Shown: positions 13,566 to 24,938, counted from the first letter of the whole stretch. The stretch is 57,849 nt of DNA, filler included, from Catajapyx aquilonaris (GCA_000934665.2; 4 parts of 4 records of this genome joined end to end with filler, not necessarily neighbours in it), one strand, 5' to 3'. Numbers and translations are program-made. Notes: generated from the letters alone by a model not told the origin.

Positions 13566-13714
13566 AGAGTTAATCCAATACTAATATTATTTTATTAGCT
13601 GCATTTTATTGGTTATATTAGTTGCATTTGCAGGTTCATGTTATTAGCTATACAAACGAATACAAACAATATAACTAATGTATTCTAGTCTCTATTGAAT
13701 AAGGCTATAGCTTG

Positions 13715-13912
13715 AAGTCTTGGCCCTGACAGGCACAGTTCGTCGCCTTCGACGATTGTGAAATACGGGGTTGATCTGTAGATCTTTTGGGTGACCGCAC
13801 CAGTCTTGGCCCTGACAGGCACAGTTCGTCGCCTTCGACGATTGTGAAATACGGGGTTGATCTGTAGACTTTGGGTAACCACACCACTCTTGGCCCTGAC
13901 AGGCACGGTCGT
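13715..13912. repeat. ~87-bp tandem repeat (about 2.3 copies), with a related copy at ~12405-12520
   Basis: TTGGCCCTGACAGGCAC(A/G)GTTCGTCGCCTTCGACGATTGTGAAATACGGGGTTGATCTG repeated. Confidence 0.85.
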
Positions 13913-14379
13913 GCGGGTAGTGATACAAGCCACAACCCGAACAGAGGCACAGACTAAAACCGGGCCTGCTGCTTCCCCCCCCCCCCCCCCNCCCCCAAAA
14001 AAAAAAAAAAAACTGTGAATAGAATCAACTTACGCCCTAATTGCTTTTGCACGTTAGAATTCATCGATAGTTGGGCTCTCTCACGACCAAACAATAGAGG
14101 GCGCCACTTTACCGACTCGGCCTGTGATTGGCCACTTCATTTTCCCCTTCCCTGGTCCCACAGACACTTGGCGATTGGAGCAGACCCTCCCACTACTTCC
14201 GGGGAGGGCGCCTAGTGCTGCCCTCTACCTAGTTAATCATCGACAAATTAAGTAAAATGTGACGTCATAGTAAAGTTATCTCATATCTCCAGGCTTGAGT
14301 GGAGGCTTACAATACACCTAGGGGTCCTGACAAAAGCTTCGGATACGGAAGGGTGCCCTAAAACCCAGCAGGATAGGGG

Positions 14380-14479
14380 NNNNNNNNNNNNNNNNNNNNN
14401 NNNNNNNNNNNNNNNNNNNNNNNTTAATTAATTAANNNNNNNNNNNNNNNNNNNNNNNNNNNNNNNNNNNNNNNNNNNN
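14380..14479. other. Artificial contig-joining spacer (N44-TTAATTAATTAA-N44)
   Basis: Exactly 100 nt with a central all-frame stop linker, identical to the other two spacers. Confidence 0.95.
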
Positions 14480-14711
14480 CCCACCCCGGAGTTACCTTTC
14501 ACCTGCATCAGGAGGGTCTCTGGCCCACACCTTGGAGGTGTCTGGCAACCTAACCTCCTGGGGGACTGCACTGACATTGCACCTGCACCTGTGTTTGCTC
14601 CCCAGAAATCCCCATCCCTACCCTATATCCTTTTATCCTTGCACCCGAGCCTGAAGAAAATATTGTATACAGAAAACTGATGGTGGTGTGCCACCCCATT
14701 ATAAGGGCTTA

Positions 14712-14911
14712 TGGTGCGTTTACATGCGGGTGATTTGATGAGCGATAATAACGCTCAGTCACCCGAGTAACCAATATTGTTTGAGGTGAAAGTAAGTCGG
14801 AGTAAGAGGTTGAGTTTCGCCTCAAACAATACTGGTTACTCTGGTTACTTAGCGTTGTTATCGCTCAGCGAAGACATCGCGTGATCAAATTGCTCACATG
14901 TAAATGCACCT
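14712..14911. mobile_element. MITE, PIF/Harbinger-like
   Basis: GGTGCGTTTACATGCGGGTGATTTGAT mirrors ATCAAATTGCTCACATGTAAATGCACC, with an internal palindrome and TTA on both flanks. Confidence 0.75.
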
Positions 14912-15920
14912 TTAGAGCTCTATCATGGGGTAAAATAAATAAATAAATAGATACTGTAAAAATGAGCTCTTAAGAGGTTTTTAAGGAGCTACTGTACATC
15001 TCTGCTGCTTTAAATAGGGTTCAAAGGTTTAAATAAAATAATAAAATTTCAAATACATTTTTAGTTTGACTTCTGGAAAAAGTATGTTGTATTTGTTTGC
15101 AAGACATTGACATTCTTTCTGATGTTTACATGTAACATTTGTTTTTTTTTTGAGTGCATAGATAATCCTCTCATGATAATCAGGAGTCCAGTGTATAATC
15201 AACTGAGGTGCAGGATCAGAAATATTTGCATATTTTTATATTTCAAGTTCAAAATGTCTTTCAAAACAGGCTCTAGGAAGCAGTTGGAATCTGAATTTTA
15301 TATCAGCGGAAAATGATACCTTAATTTGTAGTTGCATACAGTTTAGTAAACTGGAATTAATGGATGCGAGCAATTATGGATTCTAATTGGTAGCATCCCA
15401 TTTAAAGGGATATCACACTGCACTACTAGAATCTCAAAATCATGGTACTGTGTGTCCTGAAATGTTAGGTTTTAGAGAACAAGCCCTAGGCTCAAAATAT
15501 CAGGTACCATAAGCCATTAGAAATGAAAATTAAAATCCCCATATGGTTCAGTCTCAATTTGTGAGCATTTGAAACTTGAAAATTTCAAATTTACGTCATT
15601 TCTACCCCTAATGTCTTGGATGATTTGCTTTTTTTTTTTTNNNNNNNNNNNNGGGGGGGTTAATACCCCATGATAGGGCCTGTCTTGGATGATCGTAACT
15701 TCTCATAAAATTCTAGCTTACACTTGCCTACTTCACACATCTCTGCATTTTTCAACCAAAAACATTGGTACCCATGTGCACGTGCAGGGCAAAATATGCA
15801 TCATACACATGCCCACTCATGGCAGTAGTCTGTCTCGTTCAGACATAAACCTGCATTATGATGCTATTATGCTTGCTTAATAAAACGCAATTTAAGGCAG
15901 CCTCTCTCTTTCTTTGTCAG

Positions 15921-16198
15921 GTTATGTGGACAGTTCCCTTGAGGACTACTGCACCTCACGACCTTTTTCCTGGCCTAACTCTCAAACCGGTGTTCACCGA
16001 CAGGCTAAACCCAGAAAGAGCTACAGGTGCGAAACATGCGGAATTGTCATGTTCAATTGTAGTAACATGCGCGAACACAAAAAGACTCACACAGGCGAGA
16101 CTACGTGTCTTGTATGTGGTGCGTTTTTCAGCAGGTCCAGTTACCTGAAGATTCACACGAGGAAGGTGCATGGAGACGTGTTAGAGAAAGCAGCTTAG
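15921..16198 (+). CDS. Alternative 3'-terminal exon ZF-1, double C2H2 zinc finger (ttk/broad/lola type)
   Basis: Acceptor CTCTCTCTTTCTTTGTCAG|GT, phase 1. Encodes YRCETCGIVMFNCSNMREHKKTHTGETTCLVCGAFFSRSSYLKIHTRKVH, then stop. AATAAA at 16340. Confidence 0.9.
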
Positions 16199-16460
16199 TG
16201 GGCAAGTGGGACCCAAGTGTGCCAGTGAACTTCTTTTGGGGGCTTTTAAGGTCTTATTGCAAGTGTTAATTATCATGGGCACCATTTTGAAATGGGTTGT
16301 TTTAATTATTTTCATCCGGTTTGTACCGTAAAAATGCACAATAAAACATTCTGCACCGTTCACTGCCTTACAATTGGTTGCGTTGACCATTTCACATGGG
16401 TTGGGTTTTTCTTTTCATGAAGATATTGCGATTACATGAGGACTCCTTTTCCTTTACCAG

Positions 16461-16729
16461 GTGTCTGGTACAATATCCATCGAGGCAGCTCGGTGGGAAA
16501 TACCTCCCAGGCATTCCAAAGCCTTCCGTATACTGGTGATCATCCGGGAAATCACAGAAAGATGTTCAAGTGCAACCAGTGTGGGAAAACATTTACCAAT
16601 AGTGGCAACCTGACGGCCCACAAAAAAGTGCACACAGGCGAAACTACGTGCCCAGAGTGCCATGTTGTGCTATGCAGGCCATTTTATCTTAAGAAGCACA
16701 TGAAAACTGTTCATGGGAAGACATGCTAG
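16461..16729 (+). CDS. Alternative 3'-terminal exon ZF-2, double C2H2
   Basis: Acceptor CCTTTTCCTTTACCAG|GT, phase 1. Encodes FKCNQCGKTFTNSGNLTAHKKVHTGETTCPECHVVLCRPFYLKKHMKTVH. Confidence 0.9.
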
Positions 16730-16822
16730 ATATATACTTTGTGAGGATTATTGAGAGGCCATTGTGGCACATATCTTTGAAAAGGAAAGTATGGTTTATA
16801 TGGGCATGTTTTTCCTTGTCAG

Positions 16823-17076
16823 GTTCATGGGACGCCCATTCCAGGGGACACACCTCCCAGTCAAAGCAATGGCCTCCATCAAATGCAGGTTGCCACCCAC
16901 CTGGGAAGGGATACGAGTGTGACATATGTGGGAAGGTTCTCAAATATGACACTAGCTTGATGCACCACAAGAAGGTCCACACAGGGGAGACCAAGTGCCC
17001 TGTATGCCACATGATACTCAGCCGAACTCACGTGCTCAAGAGCCACATGGTGCGAGTGCATGGGATCTGGTCTTAG
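16823..17076 (+). CDS. Alternative 3'-terminal exon ZF-3, double C2H2
   Basis: Acceptor TTTTTCCTTGTCAG|GT, phase 1. Encodes YECDICGKVLKYDTSLMHHKKVHTGETKCPVCHMILSRTHVLKSHMVRVH. Confidence 0.9.
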
Positions 17077-17433
17077 GAGCAAGAAAGTGTGCAAGTCAAG
17101 TAGCTTATGACTACTTGGCAACACACAGTGAACAGATTTCGCATGTCAGAGTACCGGTACTGAAACCATTTCCCCCCCAATCCCTTGAATTTTATTATTC
17201 TTATCCTAGCCCGGGCAGGGAAGTATTGAATACGAAATGCGGATATTGTGATTGAGGTGTATCATGAAAGGAAAAGGAGGGTTGGTGCATTTTTTTGTGA
17301 AACTACATATGCATTATTCATGGGAATTTTTCAATGAGGGGCAAGCGTGTAAACAAATGAAGAGTGTTGAGGTGTGTCGCTTATGAATATAAGAAAAAAG
17401 AGTACAGTCTAAAGGGACGTCTTTTCTTGCCAG

Positions 17434-17708
17434 GTCTTTGGGACCGCATCCTTCATGGTGGCCCAGGGGCAAAGACGTCCCCGCCTTTCCACTGGCCCGT
17501 CTCACTTACAAACCACCACCAACTACCTCAGCCCAAAAAGAGTTACGTGTGTAGCATTTGTGGAAAAACGGCCACCAATAGTGGAAACCTGCGGAAGCAT
17601 GAGAAAGTGCACACAGGCGAGACGAGGTGCCCAGTATGCAGATCCGTGTTCAGTAGTGTTCAGTACCTCAAGAACCACTTGAAGAACATTCATGGGAAAG
17701 TGTTGTAG
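17434..17708 (+). CDS. Alternative 3'-terminal exon ZF-4, double C2H2
   Basis: Acceptor CTTTTCTTGCCAG|GT, phase 1. Encodes YVCSICGKTATNSGNLRKHEKVHTGETRCPVCRSVFSSVQYLKNHLKNIH. Confidence 0.9.
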
Positions 17709-17847
17709 GCATGAGAACTGGGGGTAGAGGATTGCCAAGATTAGGAAGGTGCTAGTATAGGTCATTGTCATGATTGACTACAGGCAGATTTTTAAAATGA
17801 TTTTGAAGGTGCCCAAATGTAGGTAGTTGCGCTTTTTAACTTCTCAG

Positions 17848-18060
17848 GTGCCCAGAGGGCATGCTTTTCCATGTAAAGTAACCGCAGGAATTTAATTAAG
17901 CGTTACTTTCATGCTATCTATGGGAAGGCCCTATGTGGCAACAAAAACTCATGGATAGTTGAAGATCATCCCACTTGTACAACCAGGTGTCCTGTGTGCC
18001 AAGTGGTTGTGACAGTCTGTTAAAGAGACAAGCACATGCCTCATCTGCATGGGAAACTTA
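17848..18060 (+). pseudogene. Decayed zinc-finger exon (pseudo-exon A)
   Basis: Acceptor CTTTTTAACTTCTCAG|GT. The same phase-1 frame reads GAQRACFSM*SNRRNLIKRYFHAIYGKALCGNKNSWIVEDHPTCTTRCPVCQVVVTVC*RDKHMPHLHGK, colinear with the intact exons, with stops at 17874 and 18021. Confidence 0.75.
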
Positions 18061-18147
18061 GCACGTGTTAGATAACAGGTCAGAATTTGGAAACAACAGT
18101 GGAGAAACGAAGCAAACATATCCTTTTCTCTCTCTCTTTCTCGTCAG

Positions 18148-18407
18148 GTCCGCGGTACGTTTCGCCTCAGGACAGCTCACTGGGGAGCATGCTGCAGCTA
18201 GCAAAATGGCCTGCTTCGTACTTTCAATACCAACCGTCACAGGTGCACCTTTGCAAAATTTGCGGGAAATCAAGCAGCAGTAGCAGTAACTTGAAGAAGC
18301 ACATGAAGGTGCACACAGGCGAGACAGAATGCCCTGTGTGCCATTACGTCCTCAGCAGCGTTCAGAGCCTCAACAAGCACATGAGCAGTTTGCATGGCAA
18401 ACAATAA
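18148..18407 (+). CDS. Alternative 3'-terminal exon ZF-5, double C2H2
   Basis: Acceptor TCTCTCTCTTTCTCGTCAG|GT, phase 1. Encodes HLCKICGKSSSSSSNLKKHMKVHTGETECPVCHYVLSSVQSLNKHMSSLH. Confidence 0.9.
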
Positions 18408-18576
18408 CTTATGCAAGCTGGAATGTATTTTTGCAGGCTACTTTTTCAACCACCTTTATTTATTTCTTATTTATTAGCTTGATTGACAAGCAGTTTGGTA
18501 CACATCTATGCAGTAGTAAACTGATGGGAGAAATCTGAGAGAGCTAAGGGACTTTTTTTCCCCCTCCTCTTGTTAG

Positions 18577-18833
18577 GTATCTGGGACTCTTCTCTTCAGA
18601 TGGATAATACTCATCTATCCCAGTGGCATCCACCTGAAATGGTAGAAGGCAACCTGCCCAGTGAAAAGGTTCATTGTTGCAATACATGTGGCAAGATTCT
18701 GAGGTCAAGTAGTTACCTGAAGAAGCACATGAAAGTTCACACAGGCGAGACAAAATGCCGGGTATGCCATGCAGTATTCAGCTGCATTTCAAACCTCAAT
18801 GCACATATGAAAAAGATGCACATGAACATGTGA
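18577..18833 (+). CDS. Alternative 3'-terminal exon ZF-6, double C2H2
   Basis: GCTAAGG (18543), pyrimidine tract, TGTTAG|GT, phase 1. Encodes HCCNTCGKILRSSSYLKKHMKVHTGETKCRVCHAVFSCISNLNAHMKKMH. AATAAA at 18945. Confidence 0.9.
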
Positions 18834-19025
18834 CCTAACAAGACAGCAGATTGCTGCATTATACAAGCATTGTGACATTATTTGTACATGGCCTTATATT
18901 GGATGTGTAGGTGTCTTGTACATTTTCACCACAAGAGAAGTGTGAATAAATACAATTAAGTGAGAATTTGTTTAACCCGGTTCTTTTCCGTGGCTAAGGT
19001 GAACCCCCCTTTTTCTTCCCATCAG

Positions 19026-19294
19026 GTGTGTGGGACCCGACCCTCCAGAATATCTCGATGGGAAATCCCCGACGTTTCCATTGGCCTTCGTGGCATAGTA
19101 CCACCCGCAGCAGTCAAAAGTCGAGAGTCATTCCGTGTTGTAACATTTGTGGGAAATTGTTTAGTTCAAGTGATAATTTGCGGAAACATGAGAGGGTACA
19201 CACGGGCGAGACCAAATGCCCCATTTGTCATATAGTTCTGAGCACCGTTCGAAACATGAAGCTTCATTTACAAAAAGTCCATAAGAAATGTTAG
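19026..19294 (+). CDS. Alternative 3'-terminal exon ZF-7, double C2H2
   Basis: GCTAAGG (18993), CCTTTTTCTTCCCATCAG|GT, phase 1. Encodes CNICGKLFSSSDNLRKHERVHTGETKCPICHIVLSTVRNMKLHLQKVH. Confidence 0.9.
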
Positions 19295-19380
19295 AGTTCT
19301 GGTGGGGGTGGGCGTGTCAGGATTGCAGATGTAATATTAGATTGCTATTTTGCTGAGGCCACTTTCTCTCTCTCTGTCAG

Positions 19381-19649
19381 GTCTGTGGTACAGTATGGCC
19401 GAGGACAACTCGTGTGAAAATATGGCCCTGCCCAACAAGTGGCCCTCTCCAGACACTGATTTTCGCCAGCCACCTACAAAAAAGATGTACACTTGTAGAA
19501 CTTGTGGCAAGTTTTACAGCGATTGTAGCAACTTGAAAAAACATGAGAAGATGCACACTGGCGAAACCGAGTGCCCTGTGTGCCATGCTGTTCTCAGCAC
19601 TGTTCGCAATCTGAAAAACCACATGTTAAAGTTTCACAGCGACACATAG
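19381..19649 (+). CDS. Alternative 3'-terminal exon ZF-8, double C2H2
   Basis: GCTGAGG (19352), CTTTCTCTCTCTCTGTCAG|GT, phase 1. Encodes YTCRTCGKFYSDCSNLKKHEKMHTGETECPVCHAVLSTVRNLKNHMLKFH. Confidence 0.9.
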
Positions 19650-22113
19650 GGAAATATTAGCAGCCCAACTAGTATTATGTTGGATGATTCTATGTATAGA
19701 TACCATAACAAGAGCAGCATGTTGCATCATGCCTGAGGTGTCAGAAATGTTTTGCTTCATAGTATGATTTTTATGAGCTACTGAATGAGACAATAGTATG
19801 AGGAAGGGGGGGCCATTTGGCCACTGGAGCAGCTCAACTTTTGGAAATCATTGGACTCAAAGTAGCTGATCCTACAGGGGATTAATATGAATGCGAATTT
19901 GTCGTAGTCCTTGCCAATCTAGAACAAAGGAAGGAACACACCATATTCTACTCATAATTTCTGAGTCGTAGTTGTTAATACAAATTTAAGTAAAAAGACG
20001 GGAGAAACTGAAAATTTAATCACTATGCTCAGCCACAAAGTCACGAGCCCCATACTGTAACTTTATATGGCTGACTCCTCATAACAGCCTCAGCTATAAC
20101 AAATTCTCGGGTACAGCAGACAGATTTCCCCAGTCCCTTGAAGTGCAGTATGTTATATCCAGGGTCTATTGTAATTGTGAAAGACTTTTTATTATACTTT
20201 GGGAGGTAACATTGAGACATCTGATCACATGGTATAAATTGGCCAATGAAGAGTGGTAGTTTGTACTTCCACTGACCATTCCTGGCTTTTGTAAATCATG
20301 TGATCAGCAAGGATGCTGCTAATATAGCCGCAATGAATGCCTTCTACTAAGCTGTCCAATAGGCATCCTATGTCCCATTTTTGCACCCAGACTGCTACTG
20401 AGGTGAGAGGAATGACTGTTGGATGCAACGCTTGACTGCATAGATTTGGAATTGATTTATTTCGTCTCTCAAGAAATTAATACTTGGAAACTTCTAAAGT
20501 ATGCAAAAGGAACGTCTTAAAAAGAAGCAGTGTCATGCCAGATAATTACCATCCACTCAGGACAATTTAATTGGAACACACTGTGTAAACGGAGAGAAAG
20601 TGAGGGCAAGACACTAGTAGGGCTACATCTTTCAAGCCTGTTTCCTACCCCATGAAGACCTTTCTAACTGGGGATATCCTGCCAGCCAGTAGTAGTAATA
20701 GTTACCACCAGCTTGACTCTCAGGATTTTTAGAACATGGAAGCACCAACACAATGGCAAATTGGAGATACCATCAGTCTGAGATATATAATAGACTCCAG
20801 ATATAACAGACTACACGGGACCATTGAAATCTGTCTGCTACAAGTCTACAACGAAGGTCTGTTATAGCCAGATACACAGGCCACATAATGGTCTGTTGAT
20901 GTTGCTATAACTGAGAATCTGTTACAGCCCAGGCTGTTATATCTTGAGTCACCTGTAAATATATATCTCATTTTAGTCAGATTAATGCATCATTATTTTG
21001 GTGATGTGTTGATCCCTGTGAATCAGATCTGTTTTTTTGCGCCCCCCCCCCCCCCCCCCCANTTGAAAGTTACCATGAATGTCTGACATTACTGCATGTG
21101 TATGGTTCGTTCATTGATTGTATTCCTCCATGGTAAGGGATTTAATTGCAAGAGGTTGCTCTTAACTGTGGTCTAAGAATAATAAGGTCTGGACACTCCC
21201 CCTCTTAACGCTTTGGGAGGCTGACGGGGTTGGTAATGCGGTGCGTGTTCACCAAAGCCTACGTAATAAATAGCCTGAACTCTCCAAGTTATTCTATTGC
21301 CTACTTTTAATTTACACACCGGCCGCATCACTGAGATGGCCCCATGGCGCAGCGGATGTTCTGCCAATTGCCTACACAATAAAACAACATAATAATCAAA
21401 GCCTACATAAGAATATTACAATAGAGTGATAAAAAGAATTATTAAAGTAATATTATTATTACTATTGTTATATTTAGGATTTGCGAGTAAATGAATGGGG
21501 TGACGTCACTGAGTAGCTGCCGTTCCCTCTCCCAGACGTTCGAATTCGAATCATGGTACAGCCTCAAGTACTTGCACAGAACAGGCGGCTTGAATAGGAT
21601 TCATAGAATTTTGTTGAACAAAGTCAAAAGCCCCTTCACCTGCCCCAATTATCCTGAAGAAACTGATGGCATACTTTGTGAAGGAGAGGGTATCATATAT
21701 TTTATTGTACAAGAACAGACAGCTTTGTAAAAATGACAAGATCAGTAAACCAGCTATGCTCATATAAATTTGCAGTTAATTATTTCAGTGTAACGTGTAC
21801 TCCTGTCTTCTCCCCCCAGTAGCCTGTTCACCAACAGTTAACACAGGTACCATTCATCAGATGCAGCATCAAGAATAAGAATAATTATGTAGGTTGGGGT
21901 GGGTATTGCCAATTGCTTATTGATAGTGGCAATATCGTATCGTGTCAGTATCGTATCGTGTAAAGTATCGCATCAGAAGCAGTATCGAATCGGATTGTTT
22001 TGCACACCGGTCGCCAGGGGCGCGCCGGGCGCGACCAGAGCAGGAAACAATTGGTGGCATAGGGAGAGTTCAGGCCAGCCCACGGACACTACCCCTACAT
22101 TCTGGGCTTATCA

Positions 22114-22405
22114 CCTGCCGAGGGGTTTTGCAGCGGGTGCTCACCTGAGACCGCCATGATACATTTCCCAGAGCAATTATGTGGGGACCCTACCGGACTG
22201 TACGCTGAACTTTATAGGTACAAAAGGGAAGCGCTACATGTGGGCCCAACATGGCTGCCGGCGACCATGTTGGGCCCACATGTAGCGCTTCCCTTTTGTA
22301 CCTATAAAGTTCAGCGTACAGTCCGGTAGGGCCCCCACATAATTGCTCTGGGAAATGTCTCATGGCGGTCTCAGGTGAGCACCCGCTGCAAAACTCCTCG
22401 GCAGG
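22114..22405. repeat. Near-perfect 292-bp palindrome (foldback, essentially loopless)
   Basis: CCTGCCGAGGGGTTTTGCAGCGGGTG...GGGCCCAACATGG | CCATGTTGGGCCC...CACCCGCTGCAAAACTCCTCGGCAGG, centred at 22259/22260. Confidence 0.95.
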
Positions 22406-22481
22406 GGGTGGGTGGGGAGTGACCTAACCTTAGTCTTCTATAACCATGGTTCAGGCTATTAGTTATGTAGGCTTTGGTGTT

Positions 22482-22642
22482 CACAGGCAGTGCTGCTAAG
22501 GGCCCATACCTGTGGGGCTCCTACCGGGGCCCTATGCACTTAGGTAGGAGAGAATCAGTGAGAGCAGCCAGTTTGGCATAAGGCCCCGGTAGGAGCCCCA
22601 CAGGAGTCCCACAGGTATGGGCCCTTAGCAGCACTGCCTGTG
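22482..22642. mobile_element. Palindromic MITE-like element nested in a larger inverted repeat (~21170-21282 vs ~22448-22722)
   Basis: CACAGGCAGTGCTGCTAAGGGCCCATACCTGTGG mirrors CCACAGGTATGGGCCCTTAGCAGCACTGCCTGTG. The flanks are reverse complements of 21170-21282. Confidence 0.75.
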
Positions 22643-22995
22643 GACGCGCACTGTGTTACCACCCCGTCAGCCTCCCAATACGATAAGGGGNGGGGGGTGT
22701 ACAGACTTTACTATTATTAGACTGTGCTCACAGCCTTCTAACCCCTCCGTGCCCAAAATTACAACTATTTCTGCCACATGGAGACACTTAAGTAGTGCAC
22801 AATCTCAGTGATAACTTGTTCCTAAGTGACTTATGAACAACTTTTAACATTTTTGGGAGCGAGAATCATTCTGGACACATAAGCACACGTTTCAAATCTT
22901 TCAGTCACTTATACTTGCATGTAACATGCGAGGTTTGAAAGTTGAAATGCCAGGCACAGAAAAAGGCTAAGGAAGCGTCCTTCTTTCCTTGCCAG

Positions 22996-23282
22996 GTACA
23001 TGGGAAGACAATTTCCTTCAGAGAAGTTTGGAAAGGAATGCTCCTCAACCTTTCCAGTGGCCCTCTTGCAGTAGCACTCAGAAAGTGCCACAAAAAAAGA
23101 CATTTGAATGTGAAGTGTGTGGCCGAATAATGAGTGACAGTAGTAACATGAGCAAACACAAGAAAATGCACACCGGTGAGACGAGATGTCCTGTGTGCCA
23201 GGTAGTGTTCAGTACAGTTGCATATCTTAAGACTCATATGCAAAGGTCCCATGGAATGTCATATCCTGTGCCACAGGAGTAG
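22996..23282 (+). CDS. Alternative 3'-terminal exon ZF-9, double C2H2
   Basis: GCTAAGG (22966), CCTTCTTTCCTTGCCAG|GT, phase 1. Encodes FECEVCGRIMSDSSNMSKHKKMHTGETRCPVCQVVFSTVAYLKTHMQRSH. Confidence 0.9.
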
Positions 23283-23567
23283 AGAAAGTTTAAGAAATGG
23301 CTATGACTGTAGTTTTCTGATGACGTACGTCACATCAGAAAACTCGAGTCATAGTTATTTGTGCACAGTGACCAGATCATCATTTGTTACTTTTTGAGTG
23401 ACACTGAATGCTGTAAGTTGTCTTATTTTATAAAACTGGCCAGAAACAAAGGAGTTACTCATTGGATTACAAGCACCTGCTCTACCAGAATGAAAACCAA
23501 GTCTATGAATAATGGTGAGAAGTAATGGTTTCAGAGTAGCTAAGGAGTCCTTTTCTTTCCTTATCAG

Positions 23568-23824
23568 GTTACTGGGACTATACCATTCAGGACAGCTCAG
23601 TGGAAAACATCACTGAAGGTTTCCAAGTCCCTCCACAAAAAAGAAAGGGAAAGTCATTCAGATGTGAAGTTTGTGGCAAAGTTATGACCGATGCTAGTAA
23701 CTTGAGCAAGCATAAAAAGGTTCACACCGGTGAAACAACCTGTCACATTTGCAATGCTGTGTATTGCAGGACCAGTTCACTTAAGACTCATTTGTTGAAA
23801 GTTCATGGTGTGACCTTGTTGTAG
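23568..23824 (+). CDS. Alternative 3'-terminal exon ZF-10, double C2H2
   Basis: GCTAAGG (23539), CCTTTTCTTTCCTTATCAG|GT, phase 1 (GYWDYTIQDSSVEN...). Encodes FRCEVCGKVMTDASNLSKHKKVHTGETTCHICNAVYCRTSSLKTHLLKVH. Confidence 0.9.
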
Positions 23825-24423
23825 AAAGTGGGCATACCCCCTCTAACAACCACCCTAACACACAATTGAGAGTCATGAGCAATGGTGATGGATGTGTGCA
23901 CTGGAGATCATTTGAAATTTTGATCTGGGTGCAAAATGACATTGGGTAACCTACTGTACAGATGAGCCCCCTGACACACATACGATTTGGGGGGNGGGGG
24001 GGGCAGAGCCAAATTCCCCACATGGCAGAGACTTTCATATTAAACTACCATCAACACAGGGACAGGCTGGATGTGACAGGGGTTGGTACAGACATATTTA
24101 TCATCCTTGAAGATTCATTCTACCAAACATCATACAGAAAACAGGCAGAATAGAGATGGTAAGAGCCTTTTCTGTGTTCTTAAAGTCGAAATGCAAGGTG
24201 TGGGAATGAACTCACAGAAATCTGCTATTTTCCATAATTTTATACACTTAACAGACACCAATAGCTCCCAGTGTACTTGTTTTTTAAGTAGTCATTCCTA
24301 TAAAACCACTTTATGCAGTGTATCTAATTGGCTAATTATTATTATTGTGGCAGGATGAAATAAGCAACCCTGGGACGCACGTGATGACCATGATTTTCCT
24401 TAGACACTGGCAGGAAGCTCGTG

Positions 24424-24530
24424 TTAAGGCCATTTCACAAAAAGATTTTGCGCAATAATTAATAATAATTGGCGAGGCACCCATTTGCCGCTTGTCGCTG
24501 CCGCAAAATCTTTTTGTGAAATGGCCTTTA
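24424..24530. mobile_element. Small MITE, PIF/Harbinger-like
   Basis: AGGCCATTTCACAAAAAGATTTTGCG mirrors CGCAAAATCTTTTTGTGAAATGGCCT, with TTA-type flanks. Confidence 0.75.
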
Positions 24531-24809
24531 CTCTATTCATATGAATATAATATGCTCCTAGGGGCAGGGGGAGGAGCACTGCAAAATGAAGTCGTTCAAA
24601 TTCTTTCATCTAAGGATCAGCTGTCGGGGTGGTTCAATGCAGCCATTGTTTACAACAGAGCAAATTTCCCAGTGATTATCTCTTTTAAAAAAATATGACA
24701 TACTGTACATAGTGCAGGTGAGGATCTGAGTTGAATGATTGAAGAGTAGCTACCTGCAAAGGACTTGTTACAGTAGATGAGAGAGTATTTTCAAACATTA
24801 TGATAACTA

Positions 24810-24938
24810 ATGGCTGGTTTCACTAAGCCCGGTTTTCATAAAAACCCCGGTTCTTTCAGGAAATCCCTGCAAATAGAATAGGGATTATCCAAAAGAATCG
24901 TTTTTTAAAATGAAAACCGGGCTTGGTGAAACCGGCCA
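24810..24938. mobile_element. Small MITE, PIF/Harbinger-like
   Basis: TGGCTGGTTTTCACTAAGCCCGGTTTTCAT mirrors ATGAAAACCGGGCTTGGTGAAACCGGCCA, with TAA on both sides. Confidence 0.75.

Noticed and set aside
20288..20345. FCKSC...DAANI resemblance to finger 1
   Set aside because: Needs a frameshift and lacks the histidines and an acceptor, so support is insufficient.
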